Source: Nanobdellati archaeon
GTDB taxonomy: Archaea > EX4484-52 > WAPT01
Reading direction: 5' to 3'
Assembly (NCBI GenBank): GCA_015520605.1
Contig: WAPT01000024.1
Location: 1 to 64,000, forward strand
DNA: 64,000 nt
Below, one piece after another: positions 19,950-30,817 of the stretch. The position numbers and the translations under genes were made by a program. The notes under the pieces are model-generated. The model did no database searches and was not told the origin of the DNA. It worked only from the letters and a program-made list of their open reading frames with translations. Each line of letters begins with the position of its first letter. The stretch's first letter is position 1.

Positions 19950-20873
19950 ATGAAAAACTACGAAAAAATTATGAAAAACATTGAACGGCTCGGTGAGAGA
20001 TATTGCAGAAGATATCTTGACCCGTGGAACAAAGAAAGGTTGCAGACCAATTGGTGGGAAGCGCTAAAATTCCTTCTTAGCCATTCGTTTATGAGAGGAA
20101 GACGAGACAAATTGTCTAACGAATATTATTATTTTACCATTGAAACTTTGAAAGATTATTTTTCCATCACTGATGGAGATCTGAACACATCTTATGAGAA
20201 GCTTAAAGAAAAGAAAAAATATTTTGACAAAGAATGTATTTTGAAGTTCAAGAAGAATAAAAATATTGGAAGAAAAAATAGCATTAAAGATCCAGATTTC
20301 AGGAAGGAAGTAGTAGGAAAAAATCCAATTGTAAAGCTTCTAATTACTCCAAAAGAAGTCAAAGTAAAATGGGACAACAAAACTTACAATAAGGTAACTT
20401 GCTTAGGTAATGATGAAGATATAATGATGGTTCTTGATGTTTTGAAGCTCATTTCAGATGATGATAAGAAGAATATTTACAATTATTTAAGAGATGCGAT
20501 TGTCAATTTCGGGGTTAAAGCAGCGTATGAAGAATTGATAAACATAAGAGCTGTTTCAGATAAAATCTCCACTTTCATCATCAGAGATATTGTTTTAATG
20601 AATCCACAAATAAAAATGACATATGAGGACGCCAAATGGGCATTTCCTATGGATACGTGGGTAATTAAAATTGCCCATAAGTTAGGTTGTAATAGTGAAG
20701 ATATCGAAAAAATCAAAAACCATCTAATTGATAGGTGTAGGGAATTGGGGGTAGATCCGTTAAAGTTTGTAGCAGGGCTATGGTTCTTGGGTTACCATTC
20801 GCTTGATATATTGCTAGAAAATTGTATAGGAGAGATCAAAATTGGGGACATTACTTCGGATAGCATCGGATAA
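19950..20873 (+). CDS. Hypothetical protein with an HhH-GPD glycosylase-like C-terminus
   Basis: IRAVSDKISTFIIRD and FPMDTWV resemble HhH and P-x-D motifs; visibly AT-rich gene. Confidence 0.5.
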   Translation: MKNYEKIMKNIERLGERYCRRYLDPWNKERLQTNWWEALKFLLSHSFMRGRRDKLSNEYYYFTIETLKDYFSITDGDLNTSYEKLKEKKKYFDKECILKFKKNKNIGRKNSIKDPDFRKEVVGKNPIVKLLITPKEVKVKWDNKTYNKVTCLGNDEDIMMVLDVLKLISDDDKKNIYNYLRDAIVNFGVKAAYEELINIRAVSDKISTFIIRDIVLMNPQIKMTYEDAKWAFPMDTWVIKIAHKLGCNSEDIEKIKNHLIDRCRELGVDPLKFVAGLWFLGYHSLDILLENCIGEIKIGDITSDSIG

Positions 20874-21060
20874 AAAGTTTTTCACCACATCCACCAAATT
20901 GTTTTCAGAATCCTTTTGTCCGCAAATCATCAATAGCGTTCGTAATTATTAATTTTTATTTCGATTTCTGGGACGTTAATTTCATGCAACGGTAAAACCA
21001 CCGTTAACGACACCAAAATTCAAAAACCCGAAAACATAACTTGAATGTCCGAAGCTTGGA

Positions 21061-21648
21061 CTATTTAAACTTAGGTGTGCCGTCATCATTGAAGTACTCG
21101 CTTTCATAGGGCAGGGAGCTTGATTTACCACTTTTCTCCGAGTTCCCCTCTCTTTCTTCCTCCTCATGGCCTTTCTGCTCTTTCTTTTCCTCACTCCTGA
21201 AGATGGGTTTTATTTCTTTGGTTAGTTTCACTTTCTCCGCTATATCGTTTAGCATGCTTTTCGCTTTTTCATCGACAGGGAACGCAACTTCAAAACCCAT
21301 TCCTTGTTTCTCATCCTTGTAGCGCGGAATTATGTGCACATGGAGATGGGGTACAACCTGCCCTGCCACTCTGCCGTTGTTTATCATAATGTTGTAGCCC
21401 GCTGCGCCCAAATTCTCCACAAGATTCTTTGCTATGTGTTTGACCACAACAAAAAGATGCGCTATTGCTTCATCACCCAGCTGGTCAAGTGTGGAAACGT
21501 GCACTTTAGGCACAACTAAAACATGGCCCTTAAACCTGGGATTTATATCTAGGAAAGAGATCACGTAAGGATCTTCATAGATGGTGGCCGAAGGTATTTT
21601 CTTTTCAATTATCTTACAGAACACACATTCCGTATCGTAGCTCATCAT
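21061..21648 (-). CDS. HIT family hydrolase with a charged C-terminal tail
   Basis: CVFCKI, GHVLVVPK, GQVVPHLHVHIIPR. Confidence 0.93.
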   Translation of the reverse strand: MMSYDTECVFCKIIEKKIPSATIYEDPYVISFLDINPRFKGHVLVVPKVHVSTLDQLGDEAIAHLFVVVKHIAKNLVENLGAAGYNIMINNGRVAGQVVPHLHVHIIPRYKDEKQGMGFEVAFPVDEKAKSMLNDIAEKVKLTKEIKPIFRSEEKKEQKGHEEEEREGNSEKSGKSSSLPYESEYFNDDGTPKFK

Positions 21649-21667
21649 AGCACCACCCTCTCATTTT

Positions 21668-21847
21668 TTATTTACAGGGGCTCCATCCACACGATGGGCA
21701 GAAGGCACAACCTTCTGCAGGGATCAGCTCTGTACCGCACTCCGGGCAAACCATTTCATCTTCATTTGCAGCTTCTCCAATGTTATCGACTTCCACGCTT
21801 CTCAGAAGCCTTTCCTTTATTTTTGATATCTCTTCCACGCCATCCAT
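21668..21847 (-). CDS. Small Zn-ribbon protein
   Basis: CPECGTELIPAEGCAFCPSCGWSPC. Confidence 0.7.
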   Translation of the reverse strand: MDGVEEISKIKERLLRSVEVDNIGEAANEDEMVCPECGTELIPAEGCAFCPSCGWSPCK

Positions 21848-22253
21848 AGCACCACCACTTAACCATAGCGCTGCCAAAAAATATTAAGTTATGGTTTTGG
21901 TTCAGGAACTGATACTTAGTCACTGAAAAATTCAGGCACTAAAAGACTTTGAATTCAAAACCTTGGATGGCTTCTGGAAAATTTTTGACCTTTTGCATTG
22001 GATTTGAATGTGGTTCGGAGTCTGACACAATGTGTCAAATTTAAAAAATTTGCATATAATACAGTGATGTTAGCTAATTTTGCATTTTATTGCTTTTATG
22101 GTAAAAGGGCACCAGTCAATTGGTGGTTGGGGGCACCTTCACCAAAATATTTAAATCTTATTATTTTCATGATAACAAATCTCCTCCTGTAGGGATTAGT
22201 TGCCCCATTGGTGGAAGCACATTCCATCTTAAAATCCCCAATATGTGGTTGAA

Positions 22254-23255
22254 ATGTCAAGTAGATACCACCCGAGAAGAGGATCTCTCCAGTACTCTCC
22301 AAGAGTGAGAGCCAAAAGGATCTACCCGAGGGTAAGGCATGTTCCTGTGGTTGAAGGCAAGAATGTTGTGGAGTTTGCAGGCTATAAGGTTGGGATGCTC
22401 CAAGTGGATTATATTGAGAAGAGAAAAAATAGGTTCACCAATAGAGAGGTTGTGGAGCCTGCAACGTTAATAGAAGCTCCCCCGCTCAAGGTTCTTGCCG
22501 CTAGGTTCTACGAAAAGACTCCTTATGGTTCCAGAACAGTAACGGAGCTCTGGAGCGATAAAATAGAGAATAATGTGGCGAGGAAGATAACTGGAATAAA
22601 GCCCAACAAGGATAAAGATAGCGTTCTGGACAAGATAAAGGAAGGGTTCGATAAAATAAAGCTGATCGTGGCAACACAGCCGAAGCTGGCAGGAATAGGA
22701 AAGAAGGCACCAGAGGTATTTGAGATTCACTATTTCCCCACAACCCCTCTCCCTTCTGAGCCTTCTTCTGATAACTCCTCCCAACTCCTCGATGAGATTT
22801 CCTCTCTTCTTGGCAACGAAATCTGCGTGGGTGATGTTTTCGCTCCCGGTGTTTTTGTTGATGTTATAACCGTTACCAAAGGTAAAGGCTTTCAGGGTTC
22901 CGTTAAGAGGTTCGGTGTGAAGCTACTCTCCCACAAAGCGAGAAAGATCAGGAGGAAAGCAGGAACTCTCGGTCCGTGGCACCCTGCAAAGACCAGATGG
23001 ACCGTGCCGCAGACGGGTCAGATGGGTTTCCACACGAGAACCGAGTTCAATAAGTGGGTTATAGAAGTTGGAGATGAACCTTCTCGTGTTTCTAAATCTG
23101 GTGGGTGGAAGCACTACGGTGTTGTGAAATCCGATTACATCATCCTTCACGGCTCGGTTCCCGGCCCGTCAAAGAGACTGATAAGGTTAAGATATGCAAT
23201 AAGGTGCCATGAGCCCCCAACAGAAGCGCCCGAGATAAAGCAGCTTATATGGTGA
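22254..23255 (+). CDS. rpl3: 50S ribosomal protein uL3
   Basis: PRRGSLQYSPRVRA, FAGYKVGM, TKGKGFQG, GQMGFHTRTEFNK. Confidence 0.97.
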   Translation: MSSRYHPRRGSLQYSPRVRAKRIYPRVRHVPVVEGKNVVEFAGYKVGMLQVDYIEKRKNRFTNREVVEPATLIEAPPLKVLAARFYEKTPYGSRTVTELWSDKIENNVARKITGIKPNKDKDSVLDKIKEGFDKIKLIVATQPKLAGIGKKAPEVFEIHYFPTTPLPSEPSSDNSSQLLDEISSLLGNEICVGDVFAPGVFVDVITVTKGKGFQGSVKRFGVKLLSHKARKIRRKAGTLGPWHPAKTRWTVPQTGQMGFHTRTEFNKWVIEVGDEPSRVSKSGGWKHYGVVKSDYIILHGSVPGPSKRLIRLRYAIRCHEPPTEAPEIKQLIW

Positions 23256-23262
23256 GAATGTT

Positions 23263-24084
23263 ATGGATGATCTGAAGGTGCCTGTTTACGACCTTGAAGG
23301 AAAGAAAAAGAGCGAGATAACCCTGTCGGAGCAGTTCAGATATGAGTTCAGACCGGATCTCATAATCAGAGCTTTCCTTGCCACCATGAGTCACAAAAGG
23401 CAGCCCTACGGAGCTGATCCGATGGCTGGAAAGAGGACGAGCGCCGATTACAGAGGGAGAAGAGGAGCATATGGATCTTGGATAAACCGCGGCCTCGCAA
23501 GGCTGCCGAGGATAAGGGTTAAGTCCGGCCACATGACCGGAGTGGTGAGATTTGTGCCTCATGCTGTTAAAGGTAGGAAGGCTCACCCGCCAAAAGCCGA
23601 GAAGAAGTGGGAACAAAAAATAAATATAAAGGAGAGGAGAAAAGCCATACTCTCAGCTATATCCGCACTTACTAACAAGATGCTTGCTATTAAGAGGGGA
23701 CATAAGGTAGAGAAGGTGGAAAAGCTACCGATAGTTGTGGTCAGTGATCTCGAAAGCGTCAAGAGGACCAGACAGCTGGAAAACTTGCTGAGAAAGCTTG
23801 GACTTGATGAAGAGCTTGAGAGAACGAGGGAGAAGAGATACAGAGCTGGCAAGGGCAAGATGCGCGGCAGGAGGTACAAGAAAAGAAAGGGCCCACTCAT
23901 AGTGGTTAGTAAGGATGAGGGCATATTCAAGGCAGCCAAGAATATTCCCGGTGTGGATATCTGCCTTGTTAAGGATCTCAACGTTGAGCTGCTTGCTCCT
24001 GGTGGGCATGCAGGCAGGGTAAGCGTTTGGAGCGAGAGCGCGATAAAGGAGCTTGAGGAGAAAAGGCTCTTCATGGTGAGCTAA
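23263..24084 (+). CDS. rpl4: 50S ribosomal protein uL4
   Basis: [32 protein letters not shown]. Confidence 0.97.
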   Translation: MDDLKVPVYDLEGKKKSEITLSEQFRYEFRPDLIIRAFLATMSHKRQPYGADPMAGKRTSADYRGRRGAYGSWINRGLARLPRIRVKSGHMTGVVRFVPHAVKGRKAHPPKAEKKWEQKINIKERRKAILSAISALTNKMLAIKRGHKVEKVEKLPIVVVSDLESVKRTRQLENLLRKLGLDEELERTREKRYRAGKGKMRGRRYKKRKGPLIVVSKDEGIFKAAKNIPGVDICLVKDLNVELLAPGGHAGRVSVWSESAIKELEEKRLFMVS

Positions 24085-24085
24085 C

Positions 24086-24355
24086 ATGGCATCCAAAAAA
24101 GCTTTTGAAGTACTGCTTTATCCCCTTATGACAGAGAAGGCCATATCTCTCATAGAGAGGGAGAACACCATAACCTTCATCGTGGACAGGAAGGCAAACA
24201 AGCAGGAGATAAAGAAAGCATTTGAGGAAATGTTTAAGGTTAAGGTCAGGAAGGTTAGAACTCTTGTGGACACAAAAGGAAGGAAGAAAGCATACATAGC
24301 CATAAGTAAGGAACACAACGCAGCAGATATAGCTGCAAAGCTTGGAATGATGTGA
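24086..24355 (+). CDS. rpl23: 50S ribosomal protein uL23
   Basis: [21 protein letters not shown]. Confidence 0.96.
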   Translation: MASKKAFEVLLYPLMTEKAISLIERENTITFIVDRKANKQEIKKAFEEMFKVKVRKVRTLVDTKGRKKAYIAISKEHNAADIAAKLGMM

Positions 24356-24375
24356 TGATGGAGCTGTGATGTCGT

Positions 24376-25089
24376 ATGGGGAGAAGAATACTCGTGCAGA
24401 GGAGGGGAAGAGGAGTATCCAAGACTTTTCTAGCGCCGAGCTTTAACTATGTTGCTGATGTTAAGTACCCCCCAATTCAGCGAGGAAGCTTGAAGGGTAA
24501 GGTCATAGACATAGTGGATGATCCCGGAAGGACAGCTCCCCTTGCACTTGTAAAGTTTGACGGCTCTTCCGAAAAGTGGTATTTCATAGCAAGTGAGGGT
24601 GTAAAAACAAACGACACCATAAAGGTTGGAGAAGGTGCATCCATCAAGATCGGAAATGTACTCTTCCTGAAGGACATCCCTGAAGGTACGCCGGTATTTA
24701 ACATCGAGGTTGTTCCTGGGGATGGAGGGAAGCTCGTGAGGGCGAGTGGAGGTTATGCTATAGTGCTCTCAAAGGATGCCGATAAAGTCACGATTCAGCT
24801 CCCATCCAGAAAAATAAAATCCCTAAACCCTAACTGCAGAGCCACTATAGGAATAGTTGCTGGAGGTGAAAGGCCCAAGAAACCGTTTGTTAAAGCCGGC
24901 AATAAATGGCATGCCATGAAGGCAAGGGGTAAGAAGTATCCCAAGACCAGAGCAAAGGCGAAGAACGCATGCGATCACAAGTTTGGAGGTAAGAGCTTCG
25001 GTGTGCCAAAGACCGTTAGCAGGCATGCACCACCAGGAAGGAAGGTTGGTAGCATAGCTGCAAGAAGAACCGGCAGGAGGAAGAGGTGA
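24376..25089 (+). CDS. rpl2: 50S ribosomal protein uL2
   Basis: [36 protein letters not shown]. Confidence 0.97.
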   Translation: MGRRILVQRRGRGVSKTFLAPSFNYVADVKYPPIQRGSLKGKVIDIVDDPGRTAPLALVKFDGSSEKWYFIASEGVKTNDTIKVGEGASIKIGNVLFLKDIPEGTPVFNIEVVPGDGGKLVRASGGYAIVLSKDADKVTIQLPSRKIKSLNPNCRATIGIVAGGERPKKPFVKAGNKWHAMKARGKKYPKTRAKAKNACDHKFGGKSFGVPKTVSRHAPPGRKVGSIAARRTGRRKR

Positions 25090-25097
25090 AACTGAAT

Positions 25098-25487
25098 ATG
25101 GCTAAAAAGGAGTTCAGGTTTAGAGGATACACACTTGAAGAGCTCCAAAAAATGAGCCTTGAGGAGTTTGCCGAGCTACTCACAGCCAGAGTAAGAAGAC
25201 ACTTGAGGAGGGGGCTCACCCATGCCGAAAAGAAGCTCCTGGAGAAAATAAGAAAAACTTCTAAGGACAAGTTCATAAAAACACATGCGAGAGACATGAT
25301 AATACTGCCTGAAATGGTCGGCAGAACCATTGGTGTTCACAACGGAAAGGAGTTCGTACCGGTCACCATAACCCCAGAAATGATAGGTCACAGGCTTGGT
25401 GAGTTCGCTTTGACAAGAAAGCCTGTACAGCACAGTGGTCCTGGTATAGGAGCATCCAAGTCCACAAAGCATGTGGGTAGGAAGTGA
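25098..25487 (+). CDS. rps19: 30S ribosomal protein uS19
   Basis: [24 protein letters not shown]. Confidence 0.97.
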   Translation: MAKKEFRFRGYTLEELQKMSLEEFAELLTARVRRHLRRGLTHAEKKLLEKIRKTSKDKFIKTHARDMIILPEMVGRTIGVHNGKEFVPVTITPEMIGHRLGEFALTRKPVQHSGPGIGASKSTKHVGRK

Positions 25488-25499
25488 TGGTGATGGCCT

Positions 25500-25940
25500 A
25501 TGTACAATGTTGAGAATTATGATCCCGCAAAGATGTCGAGGGCATGCAAGCGCTACGTGAGGATCTCGTGGAAAGCGTGTGTTGAGATAGGTAAAGTGAT
25601 AAAGGGAATGAAAGTGGATAAAGCAAGAAGGCTGCTCCAAGACGTAATTGAGATGAAGAGATCTATACCTTTCACCCGCTTCACTGAAGGTGCTGGTCAC
25701 AAGCCGGGAGCTGGGCCGGGAAGGTATCCCGTAAACGCCGCAAGGGAAATACTTGACTTGATAAACAGCGCTGTCAAGAATGCTGAATATCAGGGGCTTG
25801 ATAGTTCAAGGCTTTACATCAAGTCGTTCCTCGTCATGAAAGCGCCAACGTTTTACAGACCGAGAAGATCCCCACTTAGGGGGCAGAAGAGAAAGAACGT
25901 ACACATATCCGTGGTGTTGGAAGAGGGTGAAGGAAAATGA
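25500..25940 (+). CDS. rpl22: 50S ribosomal protein uL22
   Basis: GRYPVNAA, NAEYQGLD; position in operon. Confidence 0.95.
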   Translation: MYNVENYDPAKMSRACKRYVRISWKACVEIGKVIKGMKVDKARRLLQDVIEMKRSIPFTRFTEGAGHKPGAGPGRYPVNAAREILDLINSAVKNAEYQGLDSSRLYIKSFLVMKAPTFYRPRRSPLRGQKRKNVHISVVLEEGEGK

Positions 25941-26710
25941 TCGAGAGGAAGTTCGTCCAGGAGGGCATAGTGAACATGAAGATTGCGGAATTCCTTGACA
26001 AAGAGCTTGACAGGGCAGAGTATAGCGGGTGCGAGATAAGAAGAACACCCCTTGCAACACGCATTGTGATTCGTGCCGGTAGACCGGCGATAATAATAGG
26101 TAGAGGAGGTGAAAGAATAGCAAGACTCCAGCAAACCTTGAAGGAGAAATTCGGATTGGAGAACCCACAGATAGAAGTGAAGGGAGTAGATAATCCCTAT
26201 CTTGATGCAAAGATAGTTGCCAAGAGGATAAAGTTCGCCCTTGAGCGGGGGCTGAATTACAGAAGAGTCGTTAACATGTTTCTCTCGAGAGTCATGGAAG
26301 CCGGTGCTGTTGGCGTGGAAATAGATGTGAGCGGTAAGCTCACAGGGGAAAGACACAGGACGGAAAAGTACTTTGCGGGATATGTGATGAAATGTGGCTT
26401 TCCCGCTCAAACGTATGTTGATGTTGTTCAGGAACAGGCTGTACTAAAACCGGGAGTTATAGGGATAAAAGTGCACATCATGCCCTTTATGCCACCCGAG
26501 ATGGAAATGGAGAAAAAGGTCGCAAAAGGAGATGTAGAAATAAAAGAAGAGGTCATAAAGAAGCTTATGCCGAAGAAAGAAGAGGAGGAAAATAAGGAGG
26601 GTGAAGGTGTAAAGTCAGAAGAAAAGGAAGCAGAAACTGAAGAAAAGACTGAAAAGGAAAAGGAAGGTGATGAGAAGAAAAAAGAAGATAAGGTTAGTAA
26701 GGGTGAATGA
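25937..26710 (+). CDS. rps3: 30S ribosomal protein uS3 with a charged tail
   Basis: IIIGRGG KH domain, SGKLTGER, KPGVIGIKV. Confidence 0.97.
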   Translation: MIERKFVQEGIVNMKIAEFLDKELDRAEYSGCEIRRTPLATRIVIRAGRPAIIIGRGGERIARLQQTLKEKFGLENPQIEVKGVDNPYLDAKIVAKRIKFALERGLNYRRVVNMFLSRVMEAGAVGVEIDVSGKLTGERHRTEKYFAGYVMKCGFPAQTYVDVVQEQAVLKPGVIGIKVHIMPFMPPEMEMEKKVAKGDVEIKEEVIKKLMPKKEEEENKEGEGVKSEEKEAETEEKTEKEKEGDEKKKEDKVSKGE

Positions 26711-26925
26711 TTATGGCTATCCTCAGAGCTAAGCAGATGAGGGAAATGAGTGATGAAGAGCTTGATAAAAAGCTTGCAGATCTTCGAATGGAGCTCATGA
26801 AAGAGAGGGCAAAGGCGAAAGTTGGCGGTGTGCCAGACAATCCCGGAAGAATGAGGGAAATAAGATTAACAATCGCCAGGATACTCACAATCAAAAAAGA
26901 ACGAGAGGTGCTTAACAAGAGATGA
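26707..26925 (+). CDS. rpl29: 50S ribosomal protein uL29
   Basis: [17 protein letters not shown]. Confidence 0.95.
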   Translation: MIMAILRAKQMREMSDEELDKKLADLRMELMKERAKAKVGGVPDNPGRMREIRLTIARILTIKKEREVLNKR

Positions 26926-27227
26926 CCGAGATCTGTCCGGTCTGCGGGCTCCCAAAGGAGCTCTGTGTGTGTGAGACGATAGCCAGAGAGCAGCAGAGAA
27001 TAAAAATTTATGTTGAAAAAAGGAAGTTCGGCAAGACCATGACCATAATAGAAGGTCTTGACGGGAAAAGCATCGATATAAAATCTCTCCTGAAGAAGTT
27101 CAAGAAAAAACTGGCATGTGGAGGCACATACAAGGATGGCAGGATTGAGCTACAGGGCGATCACAGGCTGAAGGTCAAAAAGCTGCTGATCGATGAGGGC
27201 TTTCCCCCGAGCTCAATAGTTGAGTGA
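26922..27227 (+). CDS. Translation initiation factor SUI1/aIF1
   Basis: [27 protein letters not shown]. Confidence 0.95.
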   Translation: MTEICPVCGLPKELCVCETIAREQQRIKIYVEKRKFGKTMTIIEGLDGKSIDIKSLLKKFKKKLACGGTYKDGRIELQGDHRLKVKKLLIDEGFPPSSIVE

Positions 27228-27232
27228 GTCGG

Positions 27233-27538
27233 ATGCCAACAACTCCAAAAAACTTGATAAGACACGAGCTCATAGGCCTCAGGGTTAAGATAGCGAAGAG
27301 CAGAGATCCCTCACTGATCAACGTTGAGGGAGTGGTGGTTGATGAGACCAAAAATACGCTGGTGATAAGAAAGCAGAACGGCAGGGAGATAATGGTGCAG
27401 AAAGATATCTGTGTGTTCCATTTCATGCTCGATGATGACAATGCTGTCGAGGTCAGTGGTGAGGTACTGGTGGCGAGACCCGAGGACAGGATAAAGAAAA
27501 GAGTTCCTAAGAAGCTGTGGGGTGGACTGGATGGCTGA
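27233..27538 (+). CDS. rnp1: RNase P protein Rpp29
   Basis: RHELIGL, GVVVDETKN, RPEDRIK. Confidence 0.93.
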   Translation: MPTTPKNLIRHELIGLRVKIAKSRDPSLINVEGVVVDETKNTLVIRKQNGREIMVQKDICVFHFMLDDDNAVEVSGEVLVARPEDRIKKRVPKKLWGGLDG

Positions 27539-27953
27539 AAAAATTCGCTCCAAAAAATCCTCCAACGCAGAAGTAAAAGTGGAAAAGAAAAAGACTGAAA
27601 AAAAGGTGGAAATGGTGAAAATCGGAGATATAGGTATAGATGTTAAGAACCCGCCAACGGAAGTCTGCAACGATGATAAATGCCCCTATCATGGTCACCT
27701 CAAAATAAGAGGTAGGATATTCCAGGGCGTTGTGATTTCAGACAAGATGAATAAAACCGTTGTTGTGGGCTGGGAATACCTCCGGATGATTAAGAAACTC
27801 AATAGGTATATGCGCTGCAGAACCAAAGTGATAGCGCACAATCCACCCTGTATAAACGCGAGGGAGGGCGATATCGTCAGGATAGCTGAGTGCAGGCCCC
27901 TTAGCAAGACCAAAAGCTTTGTGGTTATAGAGGTCGTTAAGAGAGCGCAGTAA
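27531..27953 (+). CDS. rps17: 30S ribosomal protein uS17
   Basis: CNDDKCPYHG, AHNPPC, ECRPLSKTK. Confidence 0.96.
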   Translation: MAEKIRSKKSSNAEVKVEKKKTEKKVEMVKIGDIGIDVKNPPTEVCNDDKCPYHGHLKIRGRIFQGVVISDKMNKTVVVGWEYLRMIKKLNRYMRCRTKVIAHNPPCINAREGDIVRIAECRPLSKTKSFVVIEVVKRAQ

Positions 27954-27967
27954 GCGGTGGTGGTTTT

Positions 27968-28366
27968 ATGAAGGCCATAAGCACAAGGCCAATAAAGGCC
28001 GTGCAGATAGGAACCGTGCTTAAATGCATAGACAACACAGGAGCAAAGTTGCTCAAGGTTATAGGTGTTAAGGGATATAAAAGCACAAGAAGAAGGCTGG
28101 CCAAAGCGGGAGTGGGTGATGTTGTCATCTGCACCGTGATAAAGGGTACCGAAAAACTGAGAAATGAAATCGTTCATGCTGTCGTTGTCAGGCAGAGGAG
28201 AAAATACAGGAGGAAGAACGGTATGTTCGTATGTTTTGAGGACAACGCAGCTGTGTTGATAAACGAGAGGATGGAGCCGAGAGGAAGAGAGATAAAGGGT
28301 GTCGTCGCAAAGGAAGCTGTGGAAAGGTTTCCGGCAGTGGGCAAGATAGCGAGTATGGTAGTGTGA
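27968..28366 (+). CDS. rpl14: 50S ribosomal protein uL14
   Basis: [14 protein letters not shown]. Confidence 0.96.
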   Translation: MKAISTRPIKAVQIGTVLKCIDNTGAKLLKVIGVKGYKSTRRRLAKAGVGDVVICTVIKGTEKLRNEIVHAVVVRQRRKYRRKNGMFVCFEDNAAVLINERMEPRGREIKGVVAKEAVERFPAVGKIASMVV

Positions 28367-28367
28367 G

Positions 28368-28793
28368 GTGAGAAAAGTGAAGGTAAAGTTTTCACGTAAC
28401 TGGGTGAGAAGCAGAAGTCCCAGAAAGCAGAGAAAGTATATAGCAAATGCTCCACTTCATATTAGAAAAAAGTTCCTATCCGTCAACATTTCAAAGGAGC
28501 TCAGGGAAAAGTACAACACACGCAACGTTGTTGTCAGAAAAGGTGATGTTGTTAGAGTGATGCGCGGCTCCTTTAAGGGTGTTGAAGGAAAAGTGGTCAG
28601 AGTTGATATCAAGAAAATCAGGGTCTATGTTGATGCTGTGAAAAGGAAAAAAACTGACGGAAGCGAGGTGCTTGTTCCAATCCACCCGTCAAATCTGCAA
28701 ATAATCGAGCTCAACCTCGAGGATGAAAAAAGAATTAAAAAACTTAGGGAGAAAAGAGCCTCCGCCAAGCCTGGAAAAGAGGTGAGTAGCTGA
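28368..28793 (+). CDS. rpl24: 50S ribosomal protein uL24
   Basis: PRKQRK...[21 protein letters not shown]. Confidence 0.96.
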   Translation: MRKVKVKFSRNWVRSRSPRKQRKYIANAPLHIRKKFLSVNISKELREKYNTRNVVVRKGDVVRVMRGSFKGVEGKVVRVDIKKIRVYVDAVKRKKTDGSEVLVPIHPSNLQIIELNLEDEKRIKKLREKRASAKPGKEVSS

Positions 28794-29515
28794 TGCCACA
28801 CTTGAAAAGATATGCAGCCCCTCCATGTTACAGCATACCTGTGAAGGTTAAGAAGTTCGCACCCGTGATAATGGGGGGAGGACACCCGCACGATAGAGCC
28901 ATACCTCTCAGGATTATCCTCAGAGATATGCTCGGCTACGCAAGAAATACGAGGGAAGTAAAGAAGATAGTCTCCGCTGGTAAGGTCATCGTGGATGGTG
29001 TGGTGAGGAAGGATGATAGGTTTGGGGTTGGGGTTATGGATGTTATATCATTGCCTGATGTTGGTGTGCACTTTAGAGTCTTGCCTAGGAAGGAGAAGCT
29101 CGTGCTGGTTGAAATTCCCGAGAAAGAGGCAAACATCAAGTTGTGCAGAATAATGAACAAGACGGTAGTGAGAGGTGGGCACATCCAGCTCAATCTTCAT
29201 GATGGAAGGAACATACTCATAAGAGTTAAGGATCCATGCAACCCTGTTGAGGATGTTTACAAAACGATGGACTCACTCCTCATAAGCCTACCCGACCAGA
29301 AGATTCTGAAGCATATAAAGATGGAGGAAGGTAAGATTGCTATGATTTACAGAGGTAAACGAGCAGGAGAAATGGGCAAGGTTGAAAAGATCGAAATAAT
29401 TAGAGGTTTTGACCCCAACAGGATAACACTCCAGACAAAGAAAGGCTGTGTTACATCTCCAGCGGATTACGTATTCGTTGTTGGTGATACGACTCCGGAG
29501 ATAACGATAGAGTGA
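28793..29515 (+). CDS. rps4e: 30S ribosomal protein eS4
   Basis: HLKRYAAP, VDGVVRKD, QLNLHDGRN. Confidence 0.96.
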   Translation: MPHLKRYAAPPCYSIPVKVKKFAPVIMGGGHPHDRAIPLRIILRDMLGYARNTREVKKIVSAGKVIVDGVVRKDDRFGVGVMDVISLPDVGVHFRVLPRKEKLVLVEIPEKEANIKLCRIMNKTVVRGGHIQLNLHDGRNILIRVKDPCNPVEDVYKTMDSLLISLPDQKILKHIKMEEGKIAMIYRGKRAGEMGKVEKIEIIRGFDPNRITLQTKKGCVTSPADYVFVVGDTTPEITIE

Positions 29516-30108
29516 TGAGCGTGATGATTATGACCAAGAATCAGACCGTGGCGGAGGTAAAGACGAAGGGTGAGGATAAAAAGAGCAAGGATGCTAATCC
29601 AATGAGGCAGATAAGGATCGGGAAGGTTGTGATCAACATAGGAGTGAAGGATCCTATTGCTGAGGTGGAAAAAGCGTACAGGTTGTTAGAAAAAATCACG
29701 GGTAAGAAGCCTGTAAAGACCAAGGCCACAAGAAAGGCGAGGACCTTTGGTATAAGAAGAGGTCTTCCGATCGGTGTTAAGGTCACCATCCGTGGTGGGG
29801 GGGCTGAAGAACTTGCAGAAAAGCTCCTCGAAGCTGTGGATAAAAAACTTAAGATAACAAGCTTTGATAATGAGGGTAACGTTAATTTTGGGATAAAGGA
29901 ATACCTTGATATTCCTGGTGTAAAGTATGATCCTACCATCGGTATCTTTGGAATGGATGTTGCCATACAGCTTGAAAGACCCGGCTTCAGGGTTAAGAGA
30001 AGAAGACTCGGGAGAGCAAGGATTGGTAAGCACCACAGAATAAGGAGAGAGGAAGCCATCCGCTTCATGAAGGAGAGGTTTGGTATAGAGGTTGTTGAGG
30101 AAAGGTGA
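29512..30108 (+). CDS. rpl5: 50S ribosomal protein uL5
   Basis: NPMRQIRIGKVVINIG, FGIKEYLDIPGVKYDP. Confidence 0.96.
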   Translation: MMSVMIMTKNQTVAEVKTKGEDKKSKDANPMRQIRIGKVVINIGVKDPIAEVEKAYRLLEKITGKKPVKTKATRKARTFGIRRGLPIGVKVTIRGGGAEELAEKLLEAVDKKLKITSFDNEGNVNFGIKEYLDIPGVKYDPTIGIFGMDVAIQLERPGFRVKRRRLGRARIGKHHRIRREEAIRFMKERFGIEVVEER

Positions 30109-30114
30109 TGATGT

Positions 30115-30345
30115 ATGGGTGGTCATTACACAAAATGTCTCAAGATTTACATGAACAAACCTGGAAAGCTTAAGAAGGTGCTCAGGCACAACTCCAGAAA
30201 GGAAAGGACCACCGGTTATGCTACAGCACGCTGCATAAGATGCGGTAGAATGGGAAGAGGTCTGATAAGAAAGTACGGCCTGAACATCTGCAGACAGTGC
30301 TTTAGAGAAGTTGCCAAAGAGATGGGATGGAAAAAGCTTGAGTGA
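30115..30345 (+). CDS. rps14: 30S ribosomal protein uS14 (Zn-binding, N-terminally extended)
   Basis: CIRCG...[13 protein letters not shown]. Confidence 0.95.
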   Translation: MGGHYTKCLKIYMNKPGKLKKVLRHNSRKERTTGYATARCIRCGRMGRGLIRKYGLNICRQCFREVAKEMGWKKLE

Positions 30346-30356
30346 GGTGCGCAACC

Positions 30357-30740
30357 ATGAGACATGATTTGCTCTCTGATGTCATGTCAGCAATTAAAAA
30401 TGCCGAGAAGGTTGGAAAGAAGGAGTGTGTGGTTCCAGCGTCTAACCTTGTGAAAAACGTGCTGAAGGTCATGCAGGAACACGGCTATATAGGCAACTTC
30501 GAGTATATCGATGATGGAAGGGGTGGAAAGTTCAGGATAGAGTTAAAGGGAAGAATAAATGAATGTAATGCCATAAGGCCAAGATTTTATGTTAAAAAGG
30601 ACGAGTTCGACATGTGGGAAAAACAATACCTCCCAGCAGCCGGGGTGGGAATACTTATAGTCACAACTGACGAGGGCGTTGTTGCCCACACGAAGGTTAA
30701 AGGTAGAAAGGGAGGAGCATTACTGGCTTATGTCTATTAG
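30357..30740 (+). CDS. rps8: 30S ribosomal protein uS8
   Basis: FEYIDDGRGG, GGALLAYVY. Confidence 0.96.
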   Translation: MRHDLLSDVMSAIKNAEKVGKKECVVPASNLVKNVLKVMQEHGYIGNFEYIDDGRGGKFRIELKGRINECNAIRPRFYVKKDEFDMWEKQYLPAAGVGILIVTTDEGVVAHTKVKGRKGGALLAYVY

Positions 30741-30817
30741 ATGACATCGGGCATCCCTTATCATAACTTTTCATATTCATTCATCTAATCCCCTTCAATG
30801 CTGAAGCGTGATCGGTT

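Noticed and set aside
19900-20990. Integron gene cassette (GTTAGCA upstream of the AT-rich gene)
   Set aside because: I could not find a matching inverse core or attC-like hairpin downstream.
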